Assembly: GCA_010909165.1 (NCBI GenBank)
Contig: MU008179.1
Location: 806,001-870,000 of the forward strand
Direction of reading: 5' to 3'
DNA length: 64,000 nt
DNA from: Anthoceros angustus
Taxonomy: Eukaryota; Plantae; Anthocerotophyta
The notes under the pieces were generated by a model that was not told the origin of the DNA, did no database searches, and saw only the letters and a list, made by a program, of their open reading frames with translations. Below, one piece after another: positions 47,830-60,223 of the stretch (its first letter is position 1; each line of letters opens with the position of its first letter). The translations under genes and the position numbers were made by a program.

Positions 47830-49711
47830 AACATGATAATTTTTGAAGGGGTGAATAATCTCAAGGGGTTTTCCGCAAATAATCTACGAAGGGGTTTTGA
47901 TGGGCCCTAAAAGCGTTTGAAGGCATTTAAAAAAACAACAAAAAAGGTGTCACCCAAGAAGTTACTACTTTCCATCCAAAGAATGTTTTGTGTCGAATGG
48001 TGGTGCAAACTCGAACCTAGAATAATGCAAAGTAGGAGCGGTGAGGAAGGCTGCTCACGGAAGGGACTAAGAACTCGCTTTTGGAGGAAAATGTGGTTTT
48101 GTTATGACACCACAAAAGCCAATGGTATTTCCTAACACGGTAACATCAGAACTGGACTTACAACATTAACTCTAGGACCCGGAAAACGAGATTTCGCCAC
48201 TCATCCCCGTAGTTCAATCCTTCGTCATCACTTGGTCCAGCTTCTCCTCCATTGTCATCATTATCTTCAGCGCACTTTGACTCGCAGTTGTATTAAGCCA
48301 CGCAACTCGCAGAGCTTATCCCTTATCGCTTTTGTCCACCGTGACACAGACAATGTTTCGGAGGAGTACCCTCTACACTCGACCGACCAAATGCGCTCGA
48401 TTTCGACCAAGATTTGCTTCTAAGGTTAGCCTTCATTCCAAGGTTGCTTCTAAGGTTAGCCACCGATGGCGGAAGTGCTACAGGGGGTGGAAGGGAGGCC
48501 ACAATGGCACGCGGAGGAGGGCGGCGGCCGGCGCCTCCCCTAGCACACCGCCGATGGTGGCGCGGAGGAGGGCGCCCGGCCGGCGCCTCCCCTATCCGCA
48601 GACCACCGTCGGGGTTGACAGTGGCGCTGGAGGGATGGCCGGCCGGCGCCCCTAGCACACCGCCCATGGGCGCCCGGCCGGCGCCTCCCCTAGCACACCG
48701 CCCATGGGCGCCCGGCCGGCGCCTCCCCTAGCACACCGCCCATGGGCGCCCGGCCGGCCCCACCAACACGCCATGCCTTGGCCATGGGCGCCCGGCCGGC
48801 GCCTCCCCTAGCACACCGCCCATGGGCGCCCGGCCGGCGCCTCCTCATAAATCTTTTAAGGAAAATGAATATGTAGTGGCTTAATTGATCTATAACTTGG
48901 GATTGTTGGTCTTGTGTTTGGGAAAAAGGTTTAGTAATGAATAGGTTCAGGGTTCAAAACTCATATCTTTTTAATAACTCAACTTTGTTGATTTTAAGGA
49001 TGCTTGCATGGGCGCATGGGCAACTAACTTTGTTCATTTTAAGGGCATTGCCTTAAAGCCCAAGTGGTTGCATTGAGTGCGGAAGGTTGAAGACTACATT
49101 GGCGACCTTTTGGATGAGGGTCAGCAAACCCTAGATCTTTGTGTGGCGCCCCACACCGCCGATGGTGGGCCAGGAATGATACTATTGAAGACGAGCAAGC
49201 AATGGAGGAGAACGATAACTTTGAGGCGGATGATATGGACCGCATCCGAATATGGCGGTGGTTCTTGACTCGGTGTCGGTGCAAGGCATGGATGAGTCGC
49301 CAGCCGCACTCTTCAATGACTATTATCGATGCCGATGACCACTCCCTCCTTTAGCGGATGTTTGTTGCAATGTTCTTCTGACGATTAAAATGAGACTCCC
49401 TCTAATGCGAGTTGTTTTCATTGTGTTCCACCACTTCAAAGTAAAAGTTTTCGGTTGTAATAAACATATAAAATGGCAGCCCTCTAAACATTCTACAAAA
49501 GCGCAGACGGGCCCGCACCCTACTGTGCTCCAGTTCTGGGGTGTTAACTTGAAAGTGCGTCTTTTATCACTGGTATGACCTCAGAGAGGGTGTGTGCATT
49601 ATCAAAGTAGGGCACATATGCTGTTCTAGGTAAGGTGTTCTTCGTGACAAGGGGGTGCTGTGGCGACCGAAGGGGGTTACTATATTCCCCCCCTTCAAAA
49701 ATTATCGTGTT
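47830..49711. mobile_element. 1,882-bp non-autonomous TIR element with 4-bp TSD
   Basis: TIR AACA(T/C)GATAATTTTTGAAGGGG at both ends (21 of 22 bases match); CCTT directly flanks both sides (47826-29, 49712-15). Confidence 0.75.
48520..48845. repeat. 38-bp GC-rich tandem repeat containing two palindromes
   Basis: Unit CGCCCATGGGCGCCCGGCCGGCGCCTCCCCTAGCACAC at 48661, 48699, 48737 and further partial copies. Confidence 0.93.
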
Positions 49712-49713
49712 CC

Positions 49714-52700
49714 TTAGTCGACTTCAGAACTATCCCACCTAGCATGTATTGGTGTGCATATCATCCATTGCCGTCGTTCAGCCATGAGTCCCGATGGGCG
49801 AATGCTTGAGTGACGTGCTCGGGAAATGTATACGGTCCTGTTCTGTGATCCCGACCGTATCTGCAAGGGCGTCTTGTATCTATTGACCAGAACCGGCTGT
49901 AATCACGGACCATTGAGGGCGGGTCATGTGTTGGGTCACACTCGTACCAATGGATGTTTAGTATGAATGACCGGATGTCAGCACCATCGCATTCCACTTC
50001 GAGAACCTGTAATATGCGACCGAAGTATTCTTGTTGCCGATGTCCCCAACCATCTCAAATGACCCATGGACCCAGCTGTCCTGTGTTGCCCTTCGATTGG
50101 CATCTGCAGCCATTGTGCGAAAATGATACCCCCTAAAATCTAGACCTCGATATTCCGTAACGATAAGTCGTGGCCCATTGCTCAGAGCCTTAATTTCGGC
50201 CAAGTTTGGGTTGTCATTCCATGCCCTTTCTGTAAGGCCTGCCCCGAGCCACGTCTTGAAATCCACCTCATCATGTTGGGCATGTCTCTCGTACTGCTCA
50301 CGGATAGGCATCATAATTGCAGAGTGCAACAACAAGTACCAGTGCAGGCGGCTGCGGTCGTCAGCATTAAGAGCCACTTGTTTGCCCATGCCAATCGGGC
50401 GTTCCTCATGATCACATCGTGCCCGCTGACCGTATAAATGCCGATGTTCCGGGTGTGCTTCCGCCATGAACTCACTTGCATAATGCATTGCCTCCATTGC
50501 AATGTAACCAGAAGCCATACTTCCCTCTTGTCTGGCACGCTGCCTAACGTGATTTTTCAGGATAAGCATGTACCTTTCCATCGGGTACATCCACCGTGTA
50601 TGAACAGTGCCAAATAATTCTACCTCCTCCATGACATGGAATATCATATGTTGCATCGGGTTCCAAAAGGTAGAGGGCATAAGCCGCTCAAGGGTGACCA
50701 TGAGGTCAACAACCTCCAACTTCTTTGCGGGTATCTCCGATATGTCGATTGCCTTCCCACATATCCATCTATAAAGTTCACTTAGGCATGCAATTACCTT
50801 GTACTCTGGAGCATCCAAACGTCCTCTTAGCGCGATTGGCAGATAGTACTGCATGATACAATGCCAATCATGGCTCTTGAGTCCGGTTACTTTTGGCCCT
50901 GCAAAGCACAAATTCAAGTTAGCCCCAAACCCCCTAGGTGGCCTCATTGCACATATCTCATCCTTCACTGCTTGAAGATCATCTGGCTTCAAGACATAAG
51001 AGGCCTCTGGCAAATGCAACATGTCGTCCTCCTCCACTGGCCACAACCATGGCTTGGAATCGTTTGTCTCCATATCTAAACGGGTTGCAATGGTGTCACT
51101 CTGACCGGTCAAAATTCCCCATATGGCCTTGGCATTGTTCACTTCTACATGCATTACATCCTTTGCCCATAGCTTGTGTATGTGGGTAAGATAAGGCAGA
51201 GTGCGTAGGATCAGTGACTCGCGGGTTACTCCCCACACTCTGGTGTTCCTCCTTTGCCGTGCATCAGCCGCTGTCCAACGCTGCATTTCCAAGAGAACTT
51301 CCGGAACACTGCGAAGTGGAGGGCGTGGGCGCATTTCGCATCTATTATCGAAAGCATCGATCTGAAATGACCGGCGGGTGTCAGCCAGGTTGCTACACCA
51401 TCGCCGGGCACCAATGTACAGCATTTTGTCTAAGTCTGCTGACCAGCGTGGCTCTAGGCCTACACCACAGTCAATACACGCGGAGTGACCCCGGACTTGC
51501 AGGCCAAGCAAATTTCCCAGTCCGGGATAATCACATGTTGCAACCACCAGTGCTGCACGAAGCTTGAAAAATCTTTCGGTATCATCAATTGGCTTGGAGA
51601 AGTCCTCACAATCCACACCTACCCATAGCTCTGCCAATTCCGCAACCAATGGTTGCAAGTACACGTCCATGTTTGGCACCTGCTTGGGTCCCGGAATCAC
51701 CATAGACATCAAAATGCGTTCCTTTTTGGTGGATAGCCAGGGTGGAAGGTTTTGGATGACCAGTAGCACTGGCCATATTGAGTTGGAGCATGATCGATGG
51801 CCTGACAGGTTGAGGCCGTCTGTACAAATAGAGAGTCGAACGTTCCTATCGTCGGCACCAAAATTTTCCACGCCATCAAGAGCAACCCAGGCGGTGTCGT
51901 AATCCGCATCTTACCATCCCGATTGATGTGCCCACCAAGTCATATCGAGCCATGGCGGGCACCAAGATCCTCCTAAGGCGTTCCACCAAAGGGAAGTGGA
52001 AGTATGACTTCCGCGGAACCTTGTGTCGGCCAACGGGATCGCGGTATCGAGGCTCTCCACAAAAACAATTCAATTCCACTGCAAGCGGCCCCCAAAACAC
52101 ACAACAATCCTTCACACATGCATCTATGCGGTTACAACTCTGCCCAACCTTCATAAGAATGTGACTTGCAGCTTGTCGTGATTGGGGTAGAGAATTTGGG
52201 CGAGGCAGGAGCATCTGGCTAACCACCTTGAACACATCAGTGATCGCACTATCTGATAAGTTGTGTCTCTCCTGCACGCTCACAAGGGCAAGCGTGCCTG
52301 ACAATCGATCTGAGTCGCTGATGCATGCCCCATCTATGACAAACAAAGGTTTTGAGGCCTCTTCAGACAGCGATTGATGCCATTGATCAGGGACAGAGGA
52401 TACAAAACCGTGCAAAATGGACCATTGCCCCTGCCATCTCGGGCATGGTCAATAGGTGGCTCCTGGTATTGAGTGTCGTGGCCTGGACTCTGGTGCAGCA
52501 ACTGTGGACCATCTGCGACGGTTTCGTCACCCACCGGTATCGGCCCTACATTGCGCACCTGAGCCCTCCCAACAGCCCCCAGTTGTGGATGAATATGTGG
52601 AATAACTCCAAGGTCGTGTCGCGCACGATCTACATTTTCATCTGATCCAACAAGCGCCGGCCCTTGAAGATAGTCACTTGGTCGGCGTCCCTACAAGAGA

Positions 52701-52936
52701 TTCAATGGTGTGTTAGAACGGATGCATACGCTAGCGTGCCAAGATGCAATGGTGTGGTAAAGATGTGATGCAGACTGGAATTCATGGCAAACCTCAGCGT
52801 GCGCTATGATGTCCCAGTGCCTGGAATGGGCGAGCGCGATGTCTGCCCTCACGGGATGCTCATTACCAATGCAATCAGGACATGGGCAGCGGCCTCTGGC
52901 AATTTGCCGGTTGCGGACAGGACCATCGGAATCCAT
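49714..52936 (-). CDS. CACTA TnpD transposase (Transpos_assoc - Transposase_21 - DUF4218 - DUF4216) with a few frame breaks
   Basis: CPCPDC, IDACVKDC, RLSICTDG, NLPPWL, GPKQVPNMDVYLQPLVAEL, DYPG, DVMHVEVN, GLKSHDWH, WMYPMERY, EGSMASGY, YFGRI..V, LNIHWYE. Confidence 0.95.
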
Positions 52937-53552
52937 GTTCGCGCCGACTTAGTGAGGTTGTTCCTGCATCTAACATTTAGACTAGAACGTCAAAGGGTTC
53001 GAGGCTAGATGGGCTTCGCAAAGGGCCATTGCCGTGTTGCCGAGAACGGTCATCACGCTCGCCGAATTTGGGCAGACATGGCTAGAACGGGCCTCACGCC
53101 CGGTAGGTTCCTTCGACCTGTGGCTGTGCTGATTGCAAATTATAGTACCACAGTGTGACGCCCCACATACGGAGCTGCCGTCGTCAGTACCAAATGCCAG
53201 TGATATGTGTACCTAGCCTTGAGGGTGCAAAAACCTTGGCAGTGGGTTACGCTCGACCTCGACGGCATCAAAGTGTGCAGCATCTTGAAGCTCACCAGCA
53301 GTGCACTTGGTTACGCGCCGGGGTGCTTTAACAATTCAGCGCTGTCGGCCTTGTAGCACTGAAGTTGCAAACTCAGGGGAATGGCCGGCCAGTATGTCAC
53401 GGGGATGGGCCAATCCCAATGCCGCCGATGCCGCCCGTTCATTCCTATGATTGGACACGGCCGTGACATGGACCTTGTGAGCGGTCCGCTCGAGTCTAGT
53501 TCATCGCGGCCATCGAAGACGCCGGAGCCCTGACGGGTACCATCGCCCAGGA

Positions 53553-54320
53553 GTGAACCCCTTGTGGCAGTGGGAGCATGCTCCTCACCTCCCGGCAGGA
53601 GATTACGTCTGTGCACAGGCCTTCCGGGCGGATGAGGTCGAGGTTCCCGAAGTATGGACTCCTGGACGTGGGCGCTGGGTATTGCAAATTGTGGAGGGGA
53701 GCGCCATCGACCTGATGGAGAAGCACTATCACATCACGCGTCTCAGCAATGATGATGCAGGACCACTGCCATTGCGCTCCATCGCCGGTGCAAGCAATGT
53801 CCGGAAGTGGTGGGTTGGATGTGCATCGAGGTTGGGGCAAGGCATGGTGGACCGAGCCAAGGAATTGGGCATATTTGTGGCCGATGTGGTAGAGGCACTG
53901 AGGGGAGTTGCACATCTCTTGAACATCCCAATTGTTGCTGAGGTCGGAACCCCAGTGAGCAAGATGTTTTTTGTCCCACTTCTGTTCAGCCAGAAGTTTG
54001 ACGTATTGGTTATCGACCTGGAGCCACCTTTCGGGCAGGACCCGAGGCCAAGGCATCTGGCTGTAGTGCAGCGACCGGTTGGAGACCATGCAGGTGCTGG
54101 AAGCCTACTTCAGCAGCTGGAGCGGGAGATCCAGCGGGCTAGGGGCAAACCAGGGTTCAAACCACAACTCAGTACACAGTTCGTTCCCTTAAGCATGCCC
54201 AGTTTGGTGGCCCTCAACCCTGTTCCTATGCTGCTAGCCAGGACATGGCGCCTCCCGGATACAGTAACACCGGCTACTTGGCCCATATGGCACATCGCCA
54301 TGCCCTCCCGGAAACGGTAA
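53553..54320 (+). CDS. Orphan ORF of about 255 aa divergent from TnpD near the right TIR
   Basis: Long protein-like frame; the same frame continues upstream through TGA codons that could be deaminated CGA; no family recognised. Confidence 0.4.
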   Translation: MNPLWQWEHAPHLPAGDYVCAQAFRADEVEVPEVWTPGRGRWVLQIVEGSAIDLMEKHYHITRLSNDDAGPLPLRSIAGASNVRKWWVGCASRLGQGMVDRAKELGIFVADVVEALRGVAHLLNIPIVAEVGTPVSKMFFVPLLFSQKFDVLVIDLEPPFGQDPRPRHLAVVQRPVGDHAGAGSLLQQLEREIQRARGKPGFKPQLSTQFVPLSMPSLVALNPVPMLLARTWRLPDTVTPATWPIWHIAMPSRKR

Positions 54321-54385
54321 CACCGGCTACTTGGCCCATGTGGCACACCGCCATGCCCTCCCGGATACCGTAACACTAGCTACTT
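54251..54385. repeat. 53-bp subterminal tandem repeat (about 2.5 copies)
   Basis: CCTCCCGGA.AC.GTAACACCGGCTACTTGGCCCAT.TGGCACA.CGCCATGC at 54251, 54304 and partially at 54357. Confidence 0.9.
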
Positions 54386-54693
54386 TGCATGCCACACACG
54401 CATGCTACACACCAGAGAAGGGGACACTGGTATAACAACCGGTGCAGCGCTACCAACCTGCTTGGGTGAACGAAATTTATCCGGTTACAAAGGCGTGAAC
54501 AAGATTTATCCGGTCACAAAGGGCAAATGTATCACGAGGACATGGCACGTTATTATGCTTACGGTGGAGTGTGACGTCCAATGACCATTCACGTTATAAT
54601 CAAGTATGCCGTTATTATTTTATAACACCAATATCACGAGAACTTGCTACGTGATATATGGTGCGTTAAAAAGCCATATGTTTTGTAGTAGTG

Positions 54694-56178
54694 CAGGGCG
54701 CCTAGCAAAACAGGAGGAAAGAATTCCAAAGGCCACCCGTGCATCCTCCAGCAAAGGGAGGTCCTCAACATGGGAGAGGTCCTCTGCGAGAGTCTGGTCT
54801 AGGAAGCTCCCGATGAAGTCAGGGGAACTGAAGGGGACCCCTAGAATCCGCAGTCCCAAAGCTGGAGCAATCTCCCCAGCAGGAAACTGCAAACTAGGCA
54901 GAATCCCCGACGGAGACCAGATGCGGCACTTGGACATCTTGACCTTCAAGCCCACCAAAGAAAGCTCATGAGAGAAGAGCTCAAAGGCCTCCTTGACTTT
55001 GTTCCTAGGCCCGAGGAAGTGAGAATCGTCTGCCAACGAATGGAAGACACATTCACGAGCTGAGAAGGTGGCTCTGGATAGAGCCCTATAATGAGCAATG
55101 GCGAAGAGAGTACCGCCCAGGGGGTCGCCTTGCTTGGTACCTATGGCCGATTCCAAGACAGAGACAACAAATCCTGAAAAGACGTTCTTGTGCTTGTAGT
55201 AGAGGTTGGAGGACCTCCCGTAGAAGCACCGGACAAATTGAAGGTATAAGGCTCCCAAGAAGCCACCAGCATCCCTAAGCTCCTCAAAGATGATGCTCCT
55301 AGAAATGGTATTGAAGGCATTCTCGACATCCACCTGTAAGACCACCCACTCCGGGTGGGTATCACGGCATGCCTTCACTCCAAGCACCGCAAACTCATAG
55401 CCCCCCGGAGTGGCAATGCCAAATTGAAGGGGATTGAGGTGCTGCTGGAGAAGGGAGTGGCACTGAAGGACAATAGTCTGGCTGAGAAGCCGCATGAAGG
55501 CTTCCTCAACCGCGAGTGGGTGCATGCAGCTTTGGGCGGGGCCTATAACGACAAGCTCGCTAGCCGCAAGAACATGGGAAATCGGTGAGGCATCTCACAC
55601 AACTTTATGTGATCGGAGAAAAGAGCTATGGGAAGCACTAAATGGATCTTCGGGGAGAAAAGGTCCCTTGGGTGTTCAAACACTAGTCCTGACAATCCTG
55701 CAGATGAAAGATGTGGGGTCGTAGAGAGTTCCAGAATTAAAGCTGCCCGATCCAAGGAGAAGGGATCCTCCGGGACATAGTCGGATATGTCCGGGGAATG
55801 GCATCCTTGGGTGCTAGATGGAGGGCACGGAGGGCAACAATGGTCTCTACAGAAGCGGGGCCAGGGTAGGGGTCGAAGAGCCCTGGCAGCGCGAGCATAT
55901 TCACCCTCCTGGCCAAGCAACTTGCAACGGTGCAAGTTTGTTGCATTACTCGGGAATTGTTCCAATTGATGTGCGGATTCCAACTGAGCCTTAGCAGCAC
56001 GCAAAGCCTCCTCCTGGAGGCATGCCCAGTCACCAGCCCGAAAGCGCCGAAGACGGCTAGCACCTTCCCGATTCCTGGAAGCCCCACCCCTAGTACATCC
56101 AAGACACCACCAGGGGAGAAGCAGGAGAAGGCACCAAGCGGCGATCCACGGGAAGACGGAACACGGGCATCATCATGA
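54694..56178 (-). mobile_element. 5' (RT) part of the same CRE-like non-LTR retrotransposon, 5'-truncated
   Basis: PLAVEE, QFGIATPGG, LQVDVENAFNTISR, GTKQGDPLG..LF, LADD, VGLKVKMSKC, LRILGVPF; upstream WCLLLLLP...RLRRFRAGDW. Confidence 0.88.
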
Positions 56179-56363
56179 CGCTAGACTACATAAGACATGA
56201 TAGCTTGTATCTTTCTAACCCCTCTTCACTAGTTCCACATGCATGACTACATACGACCAGTACGTGGCAAATATGTGTCTATGCCATCCTCTGTCGTTGC
56301 AAATTGTTTTGACTAATCCAAGACCACTTTATTGTCCTTAACATGCATAATCCTTCATTGTCA

Positions 56364-56500
56364 ATTGACGGCGTTCCAGGTGATTACATTTCTTTGGGTC
56401 AATGCATGGAACACTTACTTGGCATCAACCATGTTCCCGGACTTTCCACACATGGTTATGAAAAGCTCAAGCTCCCACCAACAAACTGCATATCGGTTGC
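56364..56500 (-). pseudogene. PLS-class PPR motif relic
   Basis: MCGKSGNMVDAK*VFHALTQRNVITWNAV matches the MYAKCG...DA..VF....RNV.TWNA consensus, with an in-frame stop. Confidence 0.65.
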
Positions 56501-57488
56501 TGTGCTTGCTCTGCAAGAAGGGCTTGAAGTTCTCACTTCAGCTTTTGATAGTGTTCAAATCGCGGTGAGATGGGTCACGGCGTGGTCACAGTGAGCGGTG
56601 AATTCTCTTGCTTTGAGCTCGAATTGCTGCTTCGAGCCTCCACCACAAAGCCTGACCAAATTGTCAGAGAGTTTGTAGACCGAACGCCCCAGGCTCCTGC
56701 ACCAGCAGATCCCACCTCGCGTGTCAGAGTTTTGATCGGCTAATCCGGAGCAATTTTTTGAAGTGTACTGGTGTTCAGAGGGATGTGACGCACCTACATA
56801 CAGTTCTGGACGCACACACGGAAGGCCTAAAGGAAATATGTCAAAGATTCAGAGCTGCAAAAGCGATTATTAAGTGAATCAGATGGTGCACGAATTTTGT
56901 ATGTGGGAGGAGGGAAAATGCTGCCTTGCAGCTGCTCATCGGTCATCACTAAGCATCTCCCGATGTGTCGATCTCCTCTGTTGGCAGGCGGGAGATCATG
57001 ATCAGAGATGCACACCACGTTCGTCATTCCATGAATGGGCCATTGCTACCTGTTGAGGAATTCATAACGGAGCTTCCGCTCAAGTCCGAGATGGACTACG
57101 GTCCTTGTTAGTTGTGCATGACCTATGGGCATGTGCGATCTGAGGGCCTTACTATCTGTAGCTGCTGCCGGAGACTCCCAGCGATGAATCAGGTGACACT
57201 GTGGTCGTCGCCAGAGCCATCTCACGACTTCCAATTCTTCCTTTGGCCCCATAATCCAACAATGAAGATTATCTGCATTCATAGGAGGTGTCGCCCAAAC
57301 TCCGAATGTGTTGATTGGTCTTCTCAACATCTCAAAAGAAGTTTCGGGAACCGAGGGGTGAGATACGTACCGTGACCAATGCAGGATGCACCTAAAATCC
57401 CTACCCACCTATACACTCGCAACCATTCATGATTGCATACAAGATTTTTCGGTACATTGATGAATACGCGATGAAAATTTGGCCCTTG

Positions 57489-60223
57489 TCACCCTTTCAA
57501 TAATCTCCTCTTAGCGTCCTTCCTGACCTTTCTTTCGCATAAGCAACCAGGGAAGGGATTTGCATAAAAATTCTCCTCAGACTTGGCGAATTCACCGGCT
57601 ATCCTTTCGTGAGGTGCACCCATCCTAGGCTCATGGATTTCCCTGACGTCCCTGGCAAACGTTTCCCACTCGAACTTGCCAGAATCTAAGTCATCGATCA
57701 ATGTCACCAAACTTTGCCTGCAGGACAACCACAGTCAGATGACTAAGGCGAAACAAGAAACACAGAAGAGGTCAGACAAGGGAAACTCGGACCTGTCAGG
57801 ATTGATGGTTTTCCGATGGCCTTCAAATCGTCGATGACCTTGCACAGCTTTCGCCATGTTCCCATCATATGTGTACACAAAGACGTCACTCTCTAAAGCC
57901 AGCGTATAGTCCACTGCCGCAAGTCTGTTCTGATACCGTTTGATTGGTGATAACTCCTCCTCAGTAGCAAGCATGTCATGGGTATATACATTAGGGAACT
58001 CTGCTTGCAGTGAAGCCATGCTGCCATTGCCATAGATCTCACCAGCTACAATATAGATGGTTGTGTCGCTTGGGTAACCCAAGGCCTTCAACAGCATAGC
58101 TGTTTCATGAGGAGTCAGGGGACAACCACCTTCCCTGCGTCTCAACTCACCATCTATTTCTTTCTCCTTCCAGTGCTTCACATGATAACGCATTTCTCGC
58201 AGCTCCTCTGTCTCCACCTCAGAAAGGCCATGGGAACAGCCTGTGAAAGCCAGCATGTCCTTTTCGTACCTGCAACAACCCACATGCTGCTCAGTTTGAG
58301 TTTCAGCCAAGCTTGTTGTCCAGCATCCTAAAACTGGTATGCACCTGACATTAGAAATTACCTCAAATGAAGGGCGATGTAGGGGCCTTGCGAGTGCAAC
58401 CTTTCAAGCATCACTTGACTGAGTTTCTCAATAGGCTCAGTATATTTCAATGCACGATAATTGGTGCGACACCTCAGACGTTGCACAGATTCAGGTATGT
58501 CATGATTTGCGAGCCTGGAATCAGCATGCGTAAAGTACAAGACTTTCTGTTTCTTCAACAGAGGCAGCAGCTCCTCTTTGTAGTACGTGTGCTGCCAACA
58601 AAAGCCGACCTATCAGAGAAAAAAACTCAAAACTTTTGCATCTATTGAAAATGTGGAGAGAACTGAATGTGATAAACTCTAGTTCGCCAGTAGTTCTGTC
58701 TAACCTTAGACCAGGACACGGGAGTTTTTGTATGTGGGGTAATGTCAGCCAGAGATGGAGGTAAAGATTGCACAATCCTCACGTCCTCTTTAAGGGTATC
58801 AATGAAGTATCTCACATCAAAAATGTCCTTGAATTCACTGCAACACACAGAAACCAAACATGTAAGGAAGGAAGAAAGAGCCTTCTGCTGCACTTGAAAG
58901 GTGATGGTCGAAGTATAAGCTAGAATCCCAAACCTTGGGTCGTTCCAGAAAGAGCTGTGATCTAGAAAAGGTATAACTAGGGTGGCATTCATAACCCTTG
59001 CCACGGCAACCATGTCACAGATCTGTTCAACAAGCAGATATCAGATGCGAGCAAACAATCAAATCATTACCAAGCAACAGTCAAAGACCCTCACCAGGCA
59101 AATGCGAAAAGAAACTTACCCCTGTGCGCATCTGATTCAACCCACCATTAGCCTTGACCAATATATATCCATTAGTACCCCCCTCTGCCCCTGTGACACA
59201 AGTCAACAAGAATACTATCAATCTCAAGCAGAAGCCCGTCATCTACTACGAAGGTGCTACATGGCACATACAAGTGCAAGATTACTTTTGTAATTCCGAG
59301 AACGCTCGATGCATTGCTCATATCCATCACTTTCAGGTTTCGTCCATAGTCTTTCTTCCAAAAGTGAAATCTGAGCGACATATTTCAAGGGCAATAGTTC
59401 ACAAGGCAGCCCGGAGCTGAATATAAGTCCTGATAGGCACCACCCTCATTCCGTTCACGACAACAACATACCTCTGCTTCTTTGCTATCCACAGTACTTA
59501 GATCCCTTGTAGGATGTACAGCTTTAAGGGCCTCCTCAGACATCCGCCATGTCTGCAAATCCGTGGCGAACAGAGTGCACATTAACTCCAGAACACCATC
59601 GAATACCACAGTCTGGTTTTCCTCCCAAAGAACCCCACACATTTACACTTAAGACCACACATTTACAAAGCACGACAGGAAAACTTGTTACATACTGCAG
59701 GCACCCAAGTATTACGTGCTGCTGAAAGGTAAACTTTGAACAAGCAAAGGAGGAGCGACGAACTCACCTTAAACCCCGCTGGATCATGCAAATCCTCTGA
59801 CAATCCGATCACCGTGAATAATTTTACAACGAGGAGTGCGAGACTGAGTAACCCCAAAAGTGCAAACAGTCCGCGTCTCCATCTAGATTTACAGCTGAGC
59901 AACGACATTAGTCGACCATAGCAGCGAACTACAAACTCCAGCAACACGTAGAAGCCTGCTCGGTCCACAGTATGTATCTTCTTGCCATCAACAGCATACT
60001 CAGCTAGCCCTGATTCATCAACTTCAGGCATGTCATCTCTGAACGAGGGAAACACATCGGAGGGGTGCAATCGCTTGAAGGAAAGAGAGCGATAGCGATT
60101 CCCGGGACTCTTCGTGCCTGACACCCTGGGGCTGAGGATAACTTGGGCCATGTCCCTCCCTCCAGCCATGATACTGGTGGGGGGAGGCTCCCCACTGTTG
60201 GGTGCACCCCAGGGTGATCCCAT
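57489..60223 (-). CDS. GT106 / O-fucosyltransferase-family (RRT/FRIABLE1-like) Golgi glycosyltransferase, multi-exon
   Basis: [51 protein letters not shown]|[53 protein letters not shown]; TM near the N-terminus; start uncertain. Confidence 0.93.

Larger units (their letters stand above)
33692..54693 (-). mobile_element. Giant CACTA transposon 2 (21,002 bp) with nested or cargo sequences
   Basis: Perfect 32-bp TIRs CACTACTACAAAACATATGGCTTTTTAACGCA (33692-33723, 54662-54693) and 3-bp TSD CAG on both sides; removing the element restores the LINE ORF. Confidence 0.97.

Noticed and set aside
1578-60223. Biosynthetic or cell-wall gene cluster (SSL, GT47, GT106)
   Set aside because: The genes are far apart, interleaved with unrelated housekeeping genes, and act in different pathways.
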